From contig CAYMDW010000001.1 in assembly GCA_964389615.1 (NCBI GenBank), positions 6,475 through 70,474 on the forward strand: DNA of 64,000 nucleotides, read 5' to 3'. Position numbers and translations under genes: made by a program. This document shows positions 38,904 through 49,800 of the stretch, piece by piece (positions within the stretch are counted from its first letter, which is position 1; every line of letters begins with the position of its first letter). The notes under the pieces were generated by a model. It was not told where the DNA came from, did no database searches, and saw only the letters and a list, made by a program, of their open reading frames with translations. The DNA comes from an uncultured Gammaproteobacteria bacterium. Its GTDB lineage: Bacteria > Pseudomonadota > Gammaproteobacteria > JABCZS01.

Positions 38904-39966
38904 GGGGTTGCATCAGGGCGCGTGCTTTTTCAGCACGCAAGGATAATTCAGCACGATCTTGATAACGATTGAGTAAAAGCGCAGCCAACCCTTCGGCACT
39001 GAGATCTTTTTGTTGAACCAAATCTGCCGCGCCTGCTTTCACCAAGGCGGTGGCATTTTTGGTTTGATGATCATCCACGGCTTGGGGAAATGGAATCATC
39101 AAGGCAGGCAGGCCGGCGGCAATGAATTCCGTGACAGTCAAGGCCCCTGCCCTGGAGACCGCATAATCAGCCCAGGCATAGGCTTCGGCCATGTCTTTAA
39201 TAAAGGGGGTCAACTTCACTTCCAGGCCTAATTGCGCATAAAGCGCACGGGTAGATTCCGCGTGTTTTTCACCGCATTGATGCCAAATCACGGGCCGCTT
39301 TTCTGCAGGCAATAAGGCCAAGGCCTGAGGCAGAGTTTCGTTTAAAGCCTTGGCCCCTAAACTTCCCCCCAGAACCAATAAATGAAGCGGGCCTGAGCGT
39401 TGGGCGTAACGGGCTTGGGGTTCAGGCAAGGATTCGATCGTGGCGCGCACCGGATTACCGGTGGTGTGACATTTTTTAGGCAGATCAAAGGTGGCTGGAA
39501 AAGATTCACAAACAGTCAACGCCAATGAGGTTAAGAGTTTATTCGTCACTCCAGCCACTGCGTTTTGCTCATGAATGATCAGCGGTTTGCGCAAAAGCCA
39601 GGCAGCCACGCCGCCCGGCCCCGAAGCAAAGCCGCCCATGCCCAAGACGACATCGGGATCACGGCGTTGAATCACGCGATAAGCCTGCCAGGTCGCTTTA
39701 ATCAAACGCCAAGGTGCGACAAACCAGGACATCAGCCCATGGCCGCGCAGGCCTTCGATCTCGATGGTATCAAGCGGAATTCCGTATTCAGGCACCAACT
39801 TCGCCTCCATGCGGTAGGGCGTGCCCAACCAGCTGACCTCAAAGCCACGCTGTTTCATGTAATCGGCCACAGCCAAGGCTGGGAAGACGTGTCCGCCCGT
39901 GCCACCGGCCATGATCAACATGCGATAAGATTTTTCCAAAACACCCTCACTTGGGTCTGAGTTCAA
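38848..39966 (-). CDS. murG: UDP-GlcNAc:lipid I GlcNAc transferase
   Basis: LIMAGGTGGHVFPALAVA signature. Confidence 0.9.
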   Translation of the reverse strand: MNSDPSEGVLEKSYRMLIMAGGTGGHVFPALAVADYMKQRGFEVSWLGTPYRMEAKLVPEYGIPLDTIEIEGLRGHGLMSWFVAPWRLIKATWQAYRVIQRRDPDVVLGMGGFASGPGGVAAWLLRKPLIIHEQNAVAGVTNKLLTSLALTVCESFPATFDLPKKCHTTGNPVRATIESLPEPQARYAQRSGPLHLLVLGGSLGAKALNETLPQALALLPAEKRPVIWHQCGEKHAESTRALYAQLGLEVKLTPFIKDMAEAYAWADYAVSRAGALTVTEFIAAGLPALMIPFPQAVDDHQTKNATALVKAGAADLVQQKDLSAEGLAALLLNRYQDRAELSLRAEKARALMQPHATATVAQFCMEAAGATL

Positions 39967-41062
39967 GATGTACGCGTACTAATAAACCGATCGCGGCCAG
40001 GCAAATCATCAAACTTGACCCGCCCGAGCTGATCAAGGGAAGGGTTAACCCTTTCGTCGGTAACAACCCCATGTTCACGCCCATCGCAATAAAAGCTTGC
40101 ATGCCCATCCATAAGCTTAGGCCATAGGCTAAATAAGCGTTGAAGGATTTACCTTGTTGGGAGGATTGTTGACCGGCTTTGAATCCGAGATAAGCCAGCA
40201 AACCATACAATAATAACACAACTAAGGCCCCGACAAGCCCCAGCTCTTCCGCAATCACCGCATAAATAAAATCGGTGTGCGCCTCAGGAAGGTACAACAG
40301 TTTTTGAACTCCGGACCCCAAGCCCATCCCAAACCAATCCCCACGCCCAAAGGCGATGAGGGCTTGGGTCAGCTGATATCCCGAGTCGTATTGATCGGCC
40401 CAAGGATTTAAAAAAGCCGTCAGGCGTTGAAAGCGATAAGGCGCAGAAATAGCCAGCACAGCCATCCCGGCCACCCCCAGTCCCAAAATCACGGAGAAGG
40501 GCCAAAAAGGAGCACCGGCCAGAAATAATAAGCCAAGACAGCAGGCCAAAATAACCACCACAGCCCCGAAATCGGGTTGAAGCAAAATCACGCCGCAAAT
40601 CATTAAGGCGGGGATCATGGGTTTTAAAAAAGCCCAGGTGCGGGTGCGTAAGGCTTCTTCGTGCTGAGCGCAATAGGCCGCAAAATAAATCAATAAACAG
40701 AGTTTTGCAAATTCGGAGACCTGGATCCCGATGGGCCCGAGACGAATCCAACGCAAACTTCCATTGACCTCACGGCCTAAGCCCGGGATAAATAACATGA
40801 GTAAAAAAACCATGGCCAATAAAACTAAAGGACGGGAAATCTTCGCCCAAAAATTTAAAGGGATCCGTGAAATAACCAAGGCTCCGCCCACCCCCAAGCC
40901 TAAAAAAATGGCCTGGCGTAACACATAATAAAAAGGCGACTGAAAATTCACATAAGCGATCGCCATCGAGCTGGAGGCCACCATGACCAATCCCAGGCCG
41001 AGCAGGCAAGAAACCACGATCAGGTAGGGTTGTAAGGAAACTATTGGGGATTCTGCACGCAT
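39947..41062 (-). CDS. ftsW: peptidoglycan glycosyltransferase FtsW (SEDS family)
   Basis: Polytopic membrane protein with SEDS motifs, between murD and murG. Confidence 0.9.
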   Translation of the reverse strand: MRAESPIVSLQPYLIVVSCLLGLGLVMVASSSMAIAYVNFQSPFYYVLRQAIFLGLGVGGALVISRIPLNFWAKISRPLVLLAMVFLLMLFIPGLGREVNGSLRWIRLGPIGIQVSEFAKLCLLIYFAAYCAQHEEALRTRTWAFLKPMIPALMICGVILLQPDFGAVVVILACCLGLLFLAGAPFWPFSVILGLGVAGMAVLAISAPYRFQRLTAFLNPWADQYDSGYQLTQALIAFGRGDWFGMGLGSGVQKLLYLPEAHTDFIYAVIAEELGLVGALVVLLLYGLLAYLGFKAGQQSSQQGKSFNAYLAYGLSLWMGMQAFIAMGVNMGLLPTKGLTLPLISSGGSSLMICLAAIGLLVRVHLELRPK

Positions 41063-42315
41063 TTTACGAATAGCTCTCCTCTTTCTGCATAATTATTAAA
41101 CATATCCCAACTTGTGCAAGCCGGCGCTAAGATCACGGCATCGCCAGGAGTCGCCAATACTTTGGCACGCGCGACGGCGGCGGGAAGATCATCGCAGTAT
41201 TCGCAAGGAGCCACGTCATGGAGGGTTTTCATCAAAAGCTCGCGTGCTTCGCCTATCAATAAGACATGTTTCGCATACCTGCCAACCGGATCACGCAGAG
41301 AAGAAAAATCGTCTGTTTTAGGTTGCCCGCCCATGATGAGCACGGCCTTGCCCGAGATCGTCTTCCCGACATTTTCGATGGCCGCAATGGCCGAATGTTC
41401 GTTCGTGGCCTTGGAATCATTGAACCAAACCACCCCATCCTGGGTGGGCACTAATTGCAACCGATGGGGCAAGCCTTTAAATTCCAGAGCAGCTTGGAAG
41501 CAAGTCTCTAAATCCCAGCCCATGGCCTGAGCAATATGCAAGGCGGCCAGCACATTGCATAAATAATGATTCGCCTGAATCGGCAACGCCTTGAAATCGA
41601 ATGAGTGATAAAGGGGATCCAAAGTGGGATCCATCGGAAAGCTTAAGTCGATTCCCTCGGAGGGCCAGGTCGCCGGATCATCGCTATTGCAGACCGTGCG
41701 CTCGGCGCCTGAATAAATCCGCTGTTTACTTTGAATGTAATGTTCCATGGAACCGTGCCAATCGAGATGATCAGGACTGATATTCAAAATGCAGGCCACA
41801 TCCGCATGCAAAGAATGGGTGGAAGCCAATTGAAAACTAGATAACTCCATCACGGCCAAATCATAGTCCTTGCCTAAAAAATCAAGGACCGGGGTTCCGA
41901 TATTCCCCATGACCGCAGGGTGAAGTCCACAGGCCTTAGCCATCTCACCCACAAGCGTCACTGTCGTGCTTTTGCCATCCGATCCGGTGATTCCAATGAT
42001 GGGTTGCGTGTTGGCACGGGCAAAGAGTTCGATATCGCCGATCACCGGTTTCCCCTGCGCTAAGGCACGGGCAATGGCAGGAGTCGTGAGGGGTAAGCCG
42101 GGACTGAGGACCCACACTTCTGTCTGGGCTTCCACGGTGTCAGGAAGGGCCCCGTAATACCGCGGGACAGAAGCGAATTCTTCGTCAATGTGTGCCTGAT
42201 CGGCGAGATGTTCACGGGTATCCCAAAGCGCAAAGGGGACTTTTTGTTTAAGCAAATAACGAGCACAGGATTGCCCCGTGACTCCCAGGCCAACGACTAA
42301 ATACCGCTCTGTCAT
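41041..42315 (-). CDS. murD: UDP-N-acetylmuramoylalanine--D-glutamate ligase
   Basis: MTERYLVVGLGVTGQSCARYL...Mur ligase motifs. Confidence 0.9.
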   Translation of the reverse strand: MTERYLVVGLGVTGQSCARYLLKQKVPFALWDTREHLADQAHIDEEFASVPRYYGALPDTVEAQTEVWVLSPGLPLTTPAIARALAQGKPVIGDIELFARANTQPIIGITGSDGKSTTVTLVGEMAKACGLHPAVMGNIGTPVLDFLGKDYDLAVMELSSFQLASTHSLHADVACILNISPDHLDWHGSMEHYIQSKQRIYSGAERTVCNSDDPATWPSEGIDLSFPMDPTLDPLYHSFDFKALPIQANHYLCNVLAALHIAQAMGWDLETCFQAALEFKGLPHRLQLVPTQDGVVWFNDSKATNEHSAIAAIENVGKTISGKAVLIMGGQPKTDDFSSLRDPVGRYAKHVLLIGEARELLMKTLHDVAPCEYCDDLPAAVARAKVLATPGDAVILAPACTSWDMFNNYAERGELFVKCVQNPQ

Positions 42316-42319
42316 AGTG

Positions 42320-43378
42320 TCACCGAATTTTTAAGGTTGCTAAACTGATCAAAACTAAAACGACTGAAATAATCCAAAAACGGACGATGACCTTCGTCTC
42401 AGGCCAGCCTAATAATTCAAAATGATGATGAATGGGCGCCATTTTGAAGACACGCTTGCCTCGGGTTTTGAAGGAACCGACCTGAATCACGACCGATAAG
42501 GTTTCAATGACGAAAATACCGCCCATGACTACCAAGAGGATCTCTTGACGCACCATGATCGCCAGCACGCCGATCACGGCCCCCAAGGCCAAGGAACCGA
42601 CATCGCCCATGAATACTTGAGCAGGATAAGAATTGAACCAGAGGAAACCTAAACCCGCCCCGACCAAGGCGGCGCAAAAGACCACGACCTCCCCCAGATT
42701 CTCGATGTAGGGGTAATGCAGGTAATCGGCAAATTTGACATGGCCCAAGACATAAGCAAAGACAGCCAAGGCCCCCGCACACAAGATCGTGGGGACGATG
42801 GCCAGGCCATCCAGTCCATCGGTCAAGTTCACCGCATTGGAGCTGCCCACAATCACGAGGTAGACGAAAGGAATGAACAAGAGCCCCATCGACCAAGAAA
42901 AATCTTTAAAAAACGGAACAATCAAGGCGGTTTCAGCGGGAGAATGCGCGGAAAAATACAAAGCACAGGCGATCACCAGACCAAAGACCGATTGCCAAAA
43001 ATATTTCCAACGGCTGGCCAGCCCCTTAGGATTTTTCTGAATCAGTTTTTTATAATCATCCACAAAACCAATCGCCCCAAAACTCCAGAGCGTGGCCAAT
43101 AAAATCCAGATGTTACGATTGGTGAGATCCGCCCAGATGAAAATAGAGACCGAGATCCCCAGGAGCATCAAGACCCCGCCCATGGTCGGCGTCCCCGTTT
43201 TGGCAAGATGGCTTTGTGGGCCATCGTCGCGGACATGCTGTCCGATTTTAAACTGGGTGAGTTTGCGGATCATGGCGGGACCCACCGCCAGGGCGATCAC
43301 CAGAGCAGTCAAGGCAGCCATGATCGAACGAAAGGTCAGGTACTGAATAAGGTTATGATTGACTAGCCAAAGTAGCAT
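42320..43378 (-). CDS. mraY: phospho-N-acetylmuramoyl-pentapeptide transferase
   Basis: Polytopic membrane protein. [13 protein letters not shown] signature. Confidence 0.9.
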   Translation of the reverse strand: MLLWLVNHNLIQYLTFRSIMAALTALVIALAVGPAMIRKLTQFKIGQHVRDDGPQSHLAKTGTPTMGGVLMLLGISVSIFIWADLTNRNIWILLATLWSFGAIGFVDDYKKLIQKNPKGLASRWKYFWQSVFGLVIACALYFSAHSPAETALIVPFFKDFSWSMGLLFIPFVYLVIVGSSNAVNLTDGLDGLAIVPTILCAGALAVFAYVLGHVKFADYLHYPYIENLGEVVVFCAALVGAGLGFLWFNSYPAQVFMGDVGSLALGAVIGVLAIMVRQEILLVVMGGIFVIETLSVVIQVGSFKTRGKRVFKMAPIHHHFELLGWPETKVIVRFWIISVVLVLISLATLKIR

Positions 43379-43419
43379 GGTGATTCCTCAAGAATTAAGC
43401 GAATGGTCCTGATTCAGCC

Positions 43420-44754
43420 CTACGATTTCAATGCTTCCGTAATGGTTTCCAGTTTTCTACTGCGCGACCCTTTGATCAAAACAGTCATGTGGTCATGCAG
43501 CTTCGGTTTAAGCGCTTCAATCAGCGCTTCTTTGCTATTAAAGTGTAGCCCGCCCTTTCCAAAAGATTGCAGGGTGAGCAGACTTTGTTCGCCGACAGCA
43601 TACACCTGATCGATGCCTAATTCACGCGCCTTTTCACCGACTAATTGATGGTAATGCGCACTTCGCTCCCCAAGCTCCGCCATGTCCCCAAAGACCCAGA
43701 CTTTTTCACCAGGACAGGAGGCTAAAATTTCCAAGGCCGCCATAATTCCGACGGGGCTGCCATTGTAACAATCGTCGATGAGCTTCGCCCGGTTATGCCC
43801 CACATAGACCTGAAGGCGTTTATCGGCGGGTTCCACACTGGCCAAGGCCTGAGCGATGGTCGCCAATGGAATATTGTAAGCCACGGCGACAGCCGTCGCG
43901 GCCAACGCATTATAGATATTATGACGACCGAGCAGCGCCATCTTCAGCGCAAAAGATCCCAAGGGGGTGCGCACCGTGGCCGAGGTTTGCCCACCCGAAG
44001 TGATATGAATGTCCTGGGCAGTGACATCAGCCTCGGGCGAAAAACCAAAACTGATTTGACGAATCTCGTCATGAGCAGCCCGCTGGGCAAACTGCGCATA
44101 AAACTGATCGTCTCTTGGCAAAACAGCGACCCCATGGGGTCGAATGTGAGGGTAAATCGCCCCTTTTTCGATCGCAATTTTATCTGCAGTGCCCATGCCC
44201 TCGACATGAACTTCTGCCACCATCAAAACCATCCCGCAATCGGGTTCAGCCACCCGTGAATTCCGGTCGATTTCACCGGGACTGTTCGCCCCGTTTTCAA
44301 TCACGGCCCACTGATGCTCAGGCTTGAGCTGAAGCAGGGTCATTGGCACGCCAATTTCATTGTTAAAATTCTTTTGCGTGGCCAAGGTAGGACCGACTGC
44401 GCCAAAAATCTTCGCCAGCATATTTTTCGTGGTGGTTTTTCCCGCACTGCCGGTTAGGGTAATCACTTGGGCTGGCATGCGGTTGCGATGCAAGCGCGCG
44501 ATTTCTCCGTAAGCAGCCGTCGTATTGGGAACGAGGCACTGAGGAATATCAACCTCAATGGGATGATCGACCACGGCGATCACGGCCCCCTTGTCTTTGG
44601 CTTGTTGAAGGTAATCATGCCCATCAAACTGTTCGCCCCGCAAGGCCACAAAGGCCGCGCCAGGCACCAGGGTACGGGTGTCTGTAGAAATCGGGCCAGT
44701 AAATGTCTTGAAAAATTCGTTTAAATTCATGAGTTGCTCCGGAGTTGCAAGCAA
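43420..44754 (-). CDS. murF: UDP-MurNAc-tripeptide--D-alanyl-D-alanine ligase
   Basis: Mur ligase P-loop TGSAGKTTTKNM. Confidence 0.9.
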   Translation of the reverse strand: MLATPEQLMNLNEFFKTFTGPISTDTRTLVPGAAFVALRGEQFDGHDYLQQAKDKGAVIAVVDHPIEVDIPQCLVPNTTAAYGEIARLHRNRMPAQVITLTGSAGKTTTKNMLAKIFGAVGPTLATQKNFNNEIGVPMTLLQLKPEHQWAVIENGANSPGEIDRNSRVAEPDCGMVLMVAEVHVEGMGTADKIAIEKGAIYPHIRPHGVAVLPRDDQFYAQFAQRAAHDEIRQISFGFSPEADVTAQDIHITSGGQTSATVRTPLGSFALKMALLGRHNIYNALAATAVAVAYNIPLATIAQALASVEPADKRLQVYVGHNRAKLIDDCYNGSPVGIMAALEILASCPGEKVWVFGDMAELGERSAHYHQLVGEKARELGIDQVYAVGEQSLLTLQSFGKGGLHFNSKEALIEALKPKLHDHMTVLIKGSRSRKLETITEALKS

Positions 44755-46211
44755 TCGCTTGCATAGCTTTTGTCACAAAAATCTATCGTTCGGTCATTTA
44801 AAATTTGCTTGGTTTCGTGGCCCTTGCCCGCGATTAAAATGCAATCTTCAGGGTGCGCGGACTCGATAATCGCCGAAATCGCCTGCCCGCGGTCATGAAT
44901 CACCTTCACGGCAGAATAATTTCCCATGCCCGCCAAAATCTCGTCTGTAATCGAAGCAGCATTTTCAGAGCGCGGATTATCGTCGGTTAAGATCACCTGA
45001 TCACACAGGCGCGCGGCCACTGCTCCCATTTGCGGCCGCTTGCCCTTGTCTCGATCTCCCCCGCAACCAAAAACACCGATCAGTTTGCCGGTGCATAAGG
45101 GCTTCAAGGCTAAGAGGGATTTTTCAAGCGCATCGGGCGTGTGGGCATAATCGATCACCACCAAGGGTTGCCCTTCCACGTGAACGACTTCCAAGCGTCC
45201 CGGCACTGTTTTTAAGGCAGGGATCAAGGCGGTGATTTCCATCAGGCTGAATCCATCCGCCATCATGGCGGCGATCATGGCCAGGATATTGCTGACATTA
45301 AACTCGCCCAATAAGCGAGTGCTGACAGGGAAAGCTTTGTCTAAATAGTGCAGAGTGAAGGTTTGCCCCATCAAACTCGAACGAATATCCGTCACAGACA
45401 AGACAGCCGCCAACCGAGGGTGCGTTTTATTCTGCAGGGTATAACCGATAATGATTTTTTCTTGAGGGATCTGATCGATCATGGCGTAGAAATAGGGACA
45501 GTCTAAATTAACGACGACGTGTTTCACGCTGTTAAAGTGCAATAAACGCGCCTTTGCCTCAGCATAAGCTTCCATGGTGAGGTGGTAATCCAGATGATCA
45601 CGCGTGATTTGAGTCAAGATGGCCACGTCAATATCGACCGCGGATAAGCGGTGCTGGTGGAGCGCATGCGAAGAGGCTTCGAGCGCAATATTCTCGATGC
45701 CCTGATCGCGCAAGGATTTCAGTGTTTCTTGAATCTTGATGGGATCCGGCGTGGTCAGCTGGGCGTTCTTTAAATCCGACAAGACCCCAATGCCTAAGGT
45801 GCCAATCATGGCGATCGGCTCATTCAACATCCCATAGAGTTGGTTCAACCCGTGCACGATGGAAGATTTTCCATTGGTGCCCGTCACAGCGATCACGTGT
45901 TGATCTTCGCTGGGCTTGCCGTGGAAGCGCGCAGCAAGCGCCGACACATGCTCTGCAAGCTTGGGGTAAGCCACGCAAGGGATCGGGGCAGTTTCAAGCC
46001 ATGAAGCTTGTATTGAACTGAGGTGATCTGGATCGTAGACCAGGGCCGCGGCTTGTTGCGCCGCCTGTTCCATGTAATCTCTGCCATCGCCTTGATGACC
46101 AGGATAGGCAAAAAAACAATCCCCGGGTCGAACCGTACGGCTGTCCAAGGCTAAACCTGAAATCTCGACATCAGCGAGTTCCGGGCGTTGTAATAAAGCA
46201 GATAATTTCAT
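44727..46211 (-). CDS. murE: UDP-MurNAc-L-Ala-D-Glu--2,6-diaminopimelate ligase
   Basis: GTNGKSS P-loop. DNPR motif (TDDNPRSE) for the meso-DAP-adding type. Confidence 0.9.
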   Translation of the reverse strand: MKLSALLQRPELADVEISGLALDSRTVRPGDCFFAYPGHQGDGRDYMEQAAQQAAALVYDPDHLSSIQASWLETAPIPCVAYPKLAEHVSALAARFHGKPSEDQHVIAVTGTNGKSSIVHGLNQLYGMLNEPIAMIGTLGIGVLSDLKNAQLTTPDPIKIQETLKSLRDQGIENIALEASSHALHQHRLSAVDIDVAILTQITRDHLDYHLTMEAYAEAKARLLHFNSVKHVVVNLDCPYFYAMIDQIPQEKIIIGYTLQNKTHPRLAAVLSVTDIRSSLMGQTFTLHYLDKAFPVSTRLLGEFNVSNILAMIAAMMADGFSLMEITALIPALKTVPGRLEVVHVEGQPLVVIDYAHTPDALEKSLLALKPLCTGKLIGVFGCGGDRDKGKRPQMGAVAARLCDQVILTDDNPRSENAASITDEILAGMGNYSAVKVIHDRGQAISAIIESAHPEDCILIAGKGHETKQILNDRTIDFCDKSYASDCLQLRSNS

Positions 46212-47923
46212 TGAGCGTTCCGATAAGCAGCTTCGTCGTCTAAGGGGATGTCCATCAAGCGCAAGGCACCCGCCATGATTTCACCAAACACGGGCGCAGC
46301 CACGGCACCCCCATAATATTGTCCGTTGGTAGGATTATCAATCACGACCAAGCAGACTAATCGAGGATGCTCCAGCGGAGCCATGCCCACAAAGGTGCCG
46401 ATGTGCGAATTTTCCAGGTACCCGGTTTCACCCACTTTACGCGCGGTGCCCGATTTTCCTGAGACATGATACCCGCGGACCCGAGCGCCCTGCCCCGAGC
46501 CTCCGTCTTTGGGTTCAATCAATAACATTTCACGCATGTCACGGGCAATTTTCGCATCCACGATTTGCGTGCCTGATTGATTGGCATTTTGTTTAATCAA
46601 GGTGGCAGGAATCGATTTTCCGTCCGCGGCGATCACCGCATAGGCTTTTGCGATCTGCAGAGGCGTGGCTGACATGCGATAACCGAAAGCCAGGGTCGCG
46701 TAAGTGAAAGGATCTAATTTGCGAGTGACATCGAGTTGGCCCGCTCGCTCGCCGGGAAACTCAATCGAGGTGGGGATCCCAAAGCCTAAGCGTCGATACA
46801 GATCAATCAGCTGGTCTTGAGGCACTTCAAACACAATTTTAGCCGTTCCCACGTTACTGGATTTACGCAAAATACCGCGCATGTCGAGTGCGCCATAATC
46901 GTGAATGTCTTTAATCTTATTGTGATTGACGGTCATCTCCCCAGGAGAAGTTTGAACCACGGTATTGGGTGTGGCGACTCCGGCCTCGAGGGCCGCGAGC
47001 ATGCTGAAGGTCTTCATCACAGAACCGGGTTCAAACACGTCGGTGATGGCCCGGTTACGCATGGAATTGGGTTTATAGTCGCGTCGGTTATTCGGATTAT
47101 ACGAAGGCTGATTGACCATGGCTAAAATTTCGCCCGTTTGCACGTCCATCAAGACCACGCTGCCCCCGGCAGCCCCGTGTTGGATCACGGCGTTCTTCAA
47201 GGCGCGGTAAGATAAATATTGCAGACGATTATCGATCGTCAGCTGCAAAGGGCTGCCCTGTTGTGCGGCCTGCAGGGTTTGCAAATCTTGAATGATATGG
47301 CCCCGTCTGTCTTTGAGCACGCGTTTAGAACCGTTGGATCCGGTCAAATAGCGATCGTAGGCTAATTCGATGCCTTCGACTCCTTTCCCATCCAGATTCA
47401 CCGTGCCCAAAACATGGGCCGCGGCTTCGCCCCCGGGATAATAGCGTCGATACTCACGTGTCACGTTCACCCCAGGCACCTTCAAGGCTAAAGCAGCCTT
47501 AGCCTTGCTGGGTTCCATCTGCCGTTTGAGGTAAACGAATTCTTTGCGCTGAGCCAAGGATTCACGAAGACGATCTTTTAAGGTTTGTGGAGAAAGTTCG
47601 AGCGCATCCGCCAAGGCTTTAAGATCTTTGGGGCTGGCGGTGGAAAAGGCATCGGGCACTGCCCAGACCGAATCCACGGGAGTGCTCACGGCCAAAGGTT
47701 CTCCATGACGATCGGTGATGATCCCGCGCAGGGCCTCCAGCTCCACGGTGCGAATGCTGCGCATGTCACCCTGGGCTTGCAAGAAATCTTTGTGCCTCAG
47801 CTGCAAATACATCATGCGAACAGCCACAGCCATGCAAAGTACGCCCAAGGCGCCCAGCACGAAATAATAGCGCCAATGGTATGCGGCCCCGTTTTGTTTG
47901 CCTTTGATCATTGTTTCACCCAA
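46208..47923 (-). CDS. ftsI: peptidoglycan transpeptidase FtsI (PBP3)
   Basis: Single N-terminal TM. Transpeptidase motifs SVMK (STxK), SSN, KSGT. Confidence 0.9.
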   Translation of the reverse strand: MGETMIKGKQNGAAYHWRYYFVLGALGVLCMAVAVRMMYLQLRHKDFLQAQGDMRSIRTVELEALRGIITDRHGEPLAVSTPVDSVWAVPDAFSTASPKDLKALADALELSPQTLKDRLRESLAQRKEFVYLKRQMEPSKAKAALALKVPGVNVTREYRRYYPGGEAAAHVLGTVNLDGKGVEGIELAYDRYLTGSNGSKRVLKDRRGHIIQDLQTLQAAQQGSPLQLTIDNRLQYLSYRALKNAVIQHGAAGGSVVLMDVQTGEILAMVNQPSYNPNNRRDYKPNSMRNRAITDVFEPGSVMKTFSMLAALEAGVATPNTVVQTSPGEMTVNHNKIKDIHDYGALDMRGILRKSSNVGTAKIVFEVPQDQLIDLYRRLGFGIPTSIEFPGERAGQLDVTRKLDPFTYATLAFGYRMSATPLQIAKAYAVIAADGKSIPATLIKQNANQSGTQIVDAKIARDMREMLLIEPKDGGSGQGARVRGYHVSGKSGTARKVGETGYLENSHIGTFVGMAPLEHPRLVCLVVIDNPTNGQYYGGAVAAPVFGEIMAGALRLMDIPLDDEAAYRNAQ

Positions 47924-48189
47924 ACAATTTCGTTGGATTTGGGTGGGTGCATGTTCAACTTCTCATGGGCGATGCGATCAACGCGGCCATCCGTTGCCAA
48001 GGTGGATTGTTCCAATAGTAATTGTGTCCATTCATTGTTCAGAGCGTCTCTGTTCATCTGCAATTGGGATAATTCACTGAACATTTGACGGGTAGCATAC
48101 TTCACGTAAACCATGCTTAAACTGGTGGTCATCAAGCTGGTGCCGATGAACCCGAGTAATAATGTTTGTCCCCATTGATTTTTTTTCAT
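47908..48189 (-). CDS. ftsL: cell division protein FtsL
   Basis: 93 aa bitopic with coiled coil, between rsmH and ftsI. Confidence 0.7.
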   Translation of the reverse strand: MKKNQWGQTLLLGFIGTSLMTTSLSMVYVKYATRQMFSELSQLQMNRDALNNEWTQLLLEQSTLATDGRVDRIAHEKLNMHPPKSNEIVWVKQ

Positions 48190-49115
48190 ACAACCTTCTC
48201 AGCCATGCGCATCATGGCACTTCGAGCTCTGGGATTTTGTTTGACCTCGGCTTCCGAGGCTTTGGATTTGCCGAGTAATTTGATTTCCCCCCCGGTTTTA
48301 TCTGCCAGGATGGGGATATAAAAAGGAATCTCTTCGCCTTGAGAAGCACGTTTCAGGGCTTTTTTAATGGCGCGATCTTCCAAGGAATGGAAGCTGATCG
48401 CGACGAAACGCCCGCCTTTGTTCAGGCAAGCAATGGCTTGCAAGGTCGCAGCTTCGATGTCTTGAATTTCATTGTTGATGAAAATACGAATCCCTTGAAA
48501 ACTCCGCGTGGCGGGATGTTTGAATTTATCACGAACGGGCTGGGCACTCACGATCAAATCAGCCAGGTCTTTTGTGGTGACTAAAGGTTTTTCAGCACGA
48601 CTTTCCACGATTTTGCGAGCGATGCGTTTGGCAAAACGTTCTTCGCCGAATTCTTTGAGGACAAAAGCAATGTCTTCTTCTTTGGCGGAATTCAGCCAAT
48701 CGGCCGCAGAGATCCCTTCGGTGGGATCCATCCGCATGTCCAGAGGACCTTCCTTCATGAAGCTAAAGCCACGTGCGGGATCGTCTAACTGCGGGGACGA
48801 GACCCCCAAATCAAATAAAATTCCGTCCACCTTGCCTAGCCAGCCGAGCTCTTCCACCCAAGTTTGCAGGCGTTTAAAAGAGCCATGACGAATCTCAATC
48901 GGATAACCTTCATTTTGCAAGACCTGGGCCATGTGGATGGCATCGGGGTCCTTGTCGATCACCAGTAAGCGCCCGCCATGAAGCTGTTCCAAAATAGCCA
49001 TGCTGTGTCCGCCGCGACCAAAGGTTGCATCGACATACAAACCCGTGGGTTTGATGTTCAACGCAAGGATGGCTTCATCCCGCAACACGGTGTCATGGAC
49101 AAACAACTTATTCAT
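48186..49115 (-). CDS. rsmH: 16S rRNA m4C1402 methyltransferase
   Basis: VHDTVLRDEAILALNIKPTGLYVDATFGRGGHS SAM-binding motif. Confidence 0.9.
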   Translation of the reverse strand: MNKLFVHDTVLRDEAILALNIKPTGLYVDATFGRGGHSMAILEQLHGGRLLVIDKDPDAIHMAQVLQNEGYPIEIRHGSFKRLQTWVEELGWLGKVDGILFDLGVSSPQLDDPARGFSFMKEGPLDMRMDPTEGISAADWLNSAKEEDIAFVLKEFGEERFAKRIARKIVESRAEKPLVTTKDLADLIVSAQPVRDKFKHPATRSFQGIRIFINNEIQDIEAATLQAIACLNKGGRFVAISFHSLEDRAIKKALKRASQGEEIPFYIPILADKTGGEIKLLGKSKASEAEVKQNPRARSAMMRMAEKVV

Positions 49116-49117
49116 GG

Positions 49118-49573
49118 TTACAAGGACACTCCTTTCAAAACATCGGTCAATTCGTGTAAGTTAACCCCGGATTTTAGCCAGTCTTGGCTGCGTTTTTTCC
49201 AATGGGAAGCATCCCAAAGTTCAAACTTATTACCTTGGCCGAGGAGGATAACATTCTTTGAAAGTTTCGCATAATCATTCAGCAAAGAAGGGATTAAAAT
49301 GCGTCCTTGAGGGTCGGGACTGAGCTCGGTGGCGTGCCCCAAGATCAAACGCTGGATTTGTCTTGTTTGGGGATCTAAATTTGGGAGTGCTAATAAGGCG
49401 GTTTCGATCTTTTCCCAGGCTTTCAGGGGATAGGCTAATAAACATTGTTCGACCACATCAATCGTGATCACGAGATCGGGGCTGGAATGGGCGTCAAGAA
49501 TTTGGCGCAAGCGTGCAGGGAGCATCACTCGCCCCTTCGCGTCCATTGTGACCTGCTGTGCACCCCGAAACAT
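49118..49573 (-). CDS. mraZ: transcriptional regulator MraZ
   Basis: MFRGAQQVTMDAKGRVMLPARLRQ matches E. coli [23 protein letters not shown]. 152 aa from the ATG at 49573. The track GTG at 49594 lies inside the operator. Confidence 0.85.
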   Translation of the reverse strand: MFRGAQQVTMDAKGRVMLPARLRQILDAHSSPDLVITIDVVEQCLLAYPLKAWEKIETALLALPNLDPQTRQIQRLILGHATELSPDPQGRILIPSLLNDYAKLSKNVILLGQGNKFELWDASHWKKRSQDWLKSGVNLHELTDVLKGVSL

Positions 49574-49589
49574 AGACTGCCCCTCTTGC

Positions 49590-49614
49590 TCCACAATTTA
49601 CCACATTTTCCCAC
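49590..49614 (-). promoter_or_regulatory. MraZ-box operator: three GTGG[GTA] direct repeats with 10 bp periodicity upstream of mraZ
   Basis: Minus strand reads GTGGG-aaaat-GTGGT-aaatt-GTGGA, the canonical MraZ-binding-repeat arrangement. A TTGACA hexamer lies further upstream at 49653-49648. Confidence 0.6.
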
Positions 49615-49683
49615 TATTAATAGGAGTGTGGACGAGGGGGAGAATTATGTCAAGTTAGCAACTGAGTTTCTGGGGGGGCGTAG

Positions 49684-49718
49684 GGGTGAATACGCATGGT
49701 ACTCCATGCAATTCACCC
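49684..49718. repeat. palindromic intergenic element, intact copy (GGGGTGAAT-AC-GCATGG-TACT-CCATGC-A-ATTCACCC)
   Basis: Nested inverted repeats give a ~14 bp interrupted stem. The first 28 nt are near-identical to 24609-24636. Confidence 0.5.
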
Positions 49719-49765
49719 GCAAATGTGCAACATTTGACATCCGTTCACAATCCCTGCGGGCTTGC

Positions 49766-49800
49766 GGATAAATTGGCCGGAGTACCGGCCGTATTTATCC
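49766..49800 (-). terminator. stem-loop immediately 3' of rnpB (GGATAAATTGGCCGG-AGTA-CCGGCCGTATTTATCC)
   Basis: 15 bp near-perfect stem. Lies ~20 nt past the rnpB 3' end on the minus strand. Confidence 0.4.

Noticed and set aside
40284-40751. 155 aa Arg/Gly-rich minus-strand ORF inside ftsW, plus similar ORFs inside mraY, murF and murC
   Set aside because: Alternative-frame artefacts of GC-rich membrane-protein genes. The dcw genes are unambiguous.
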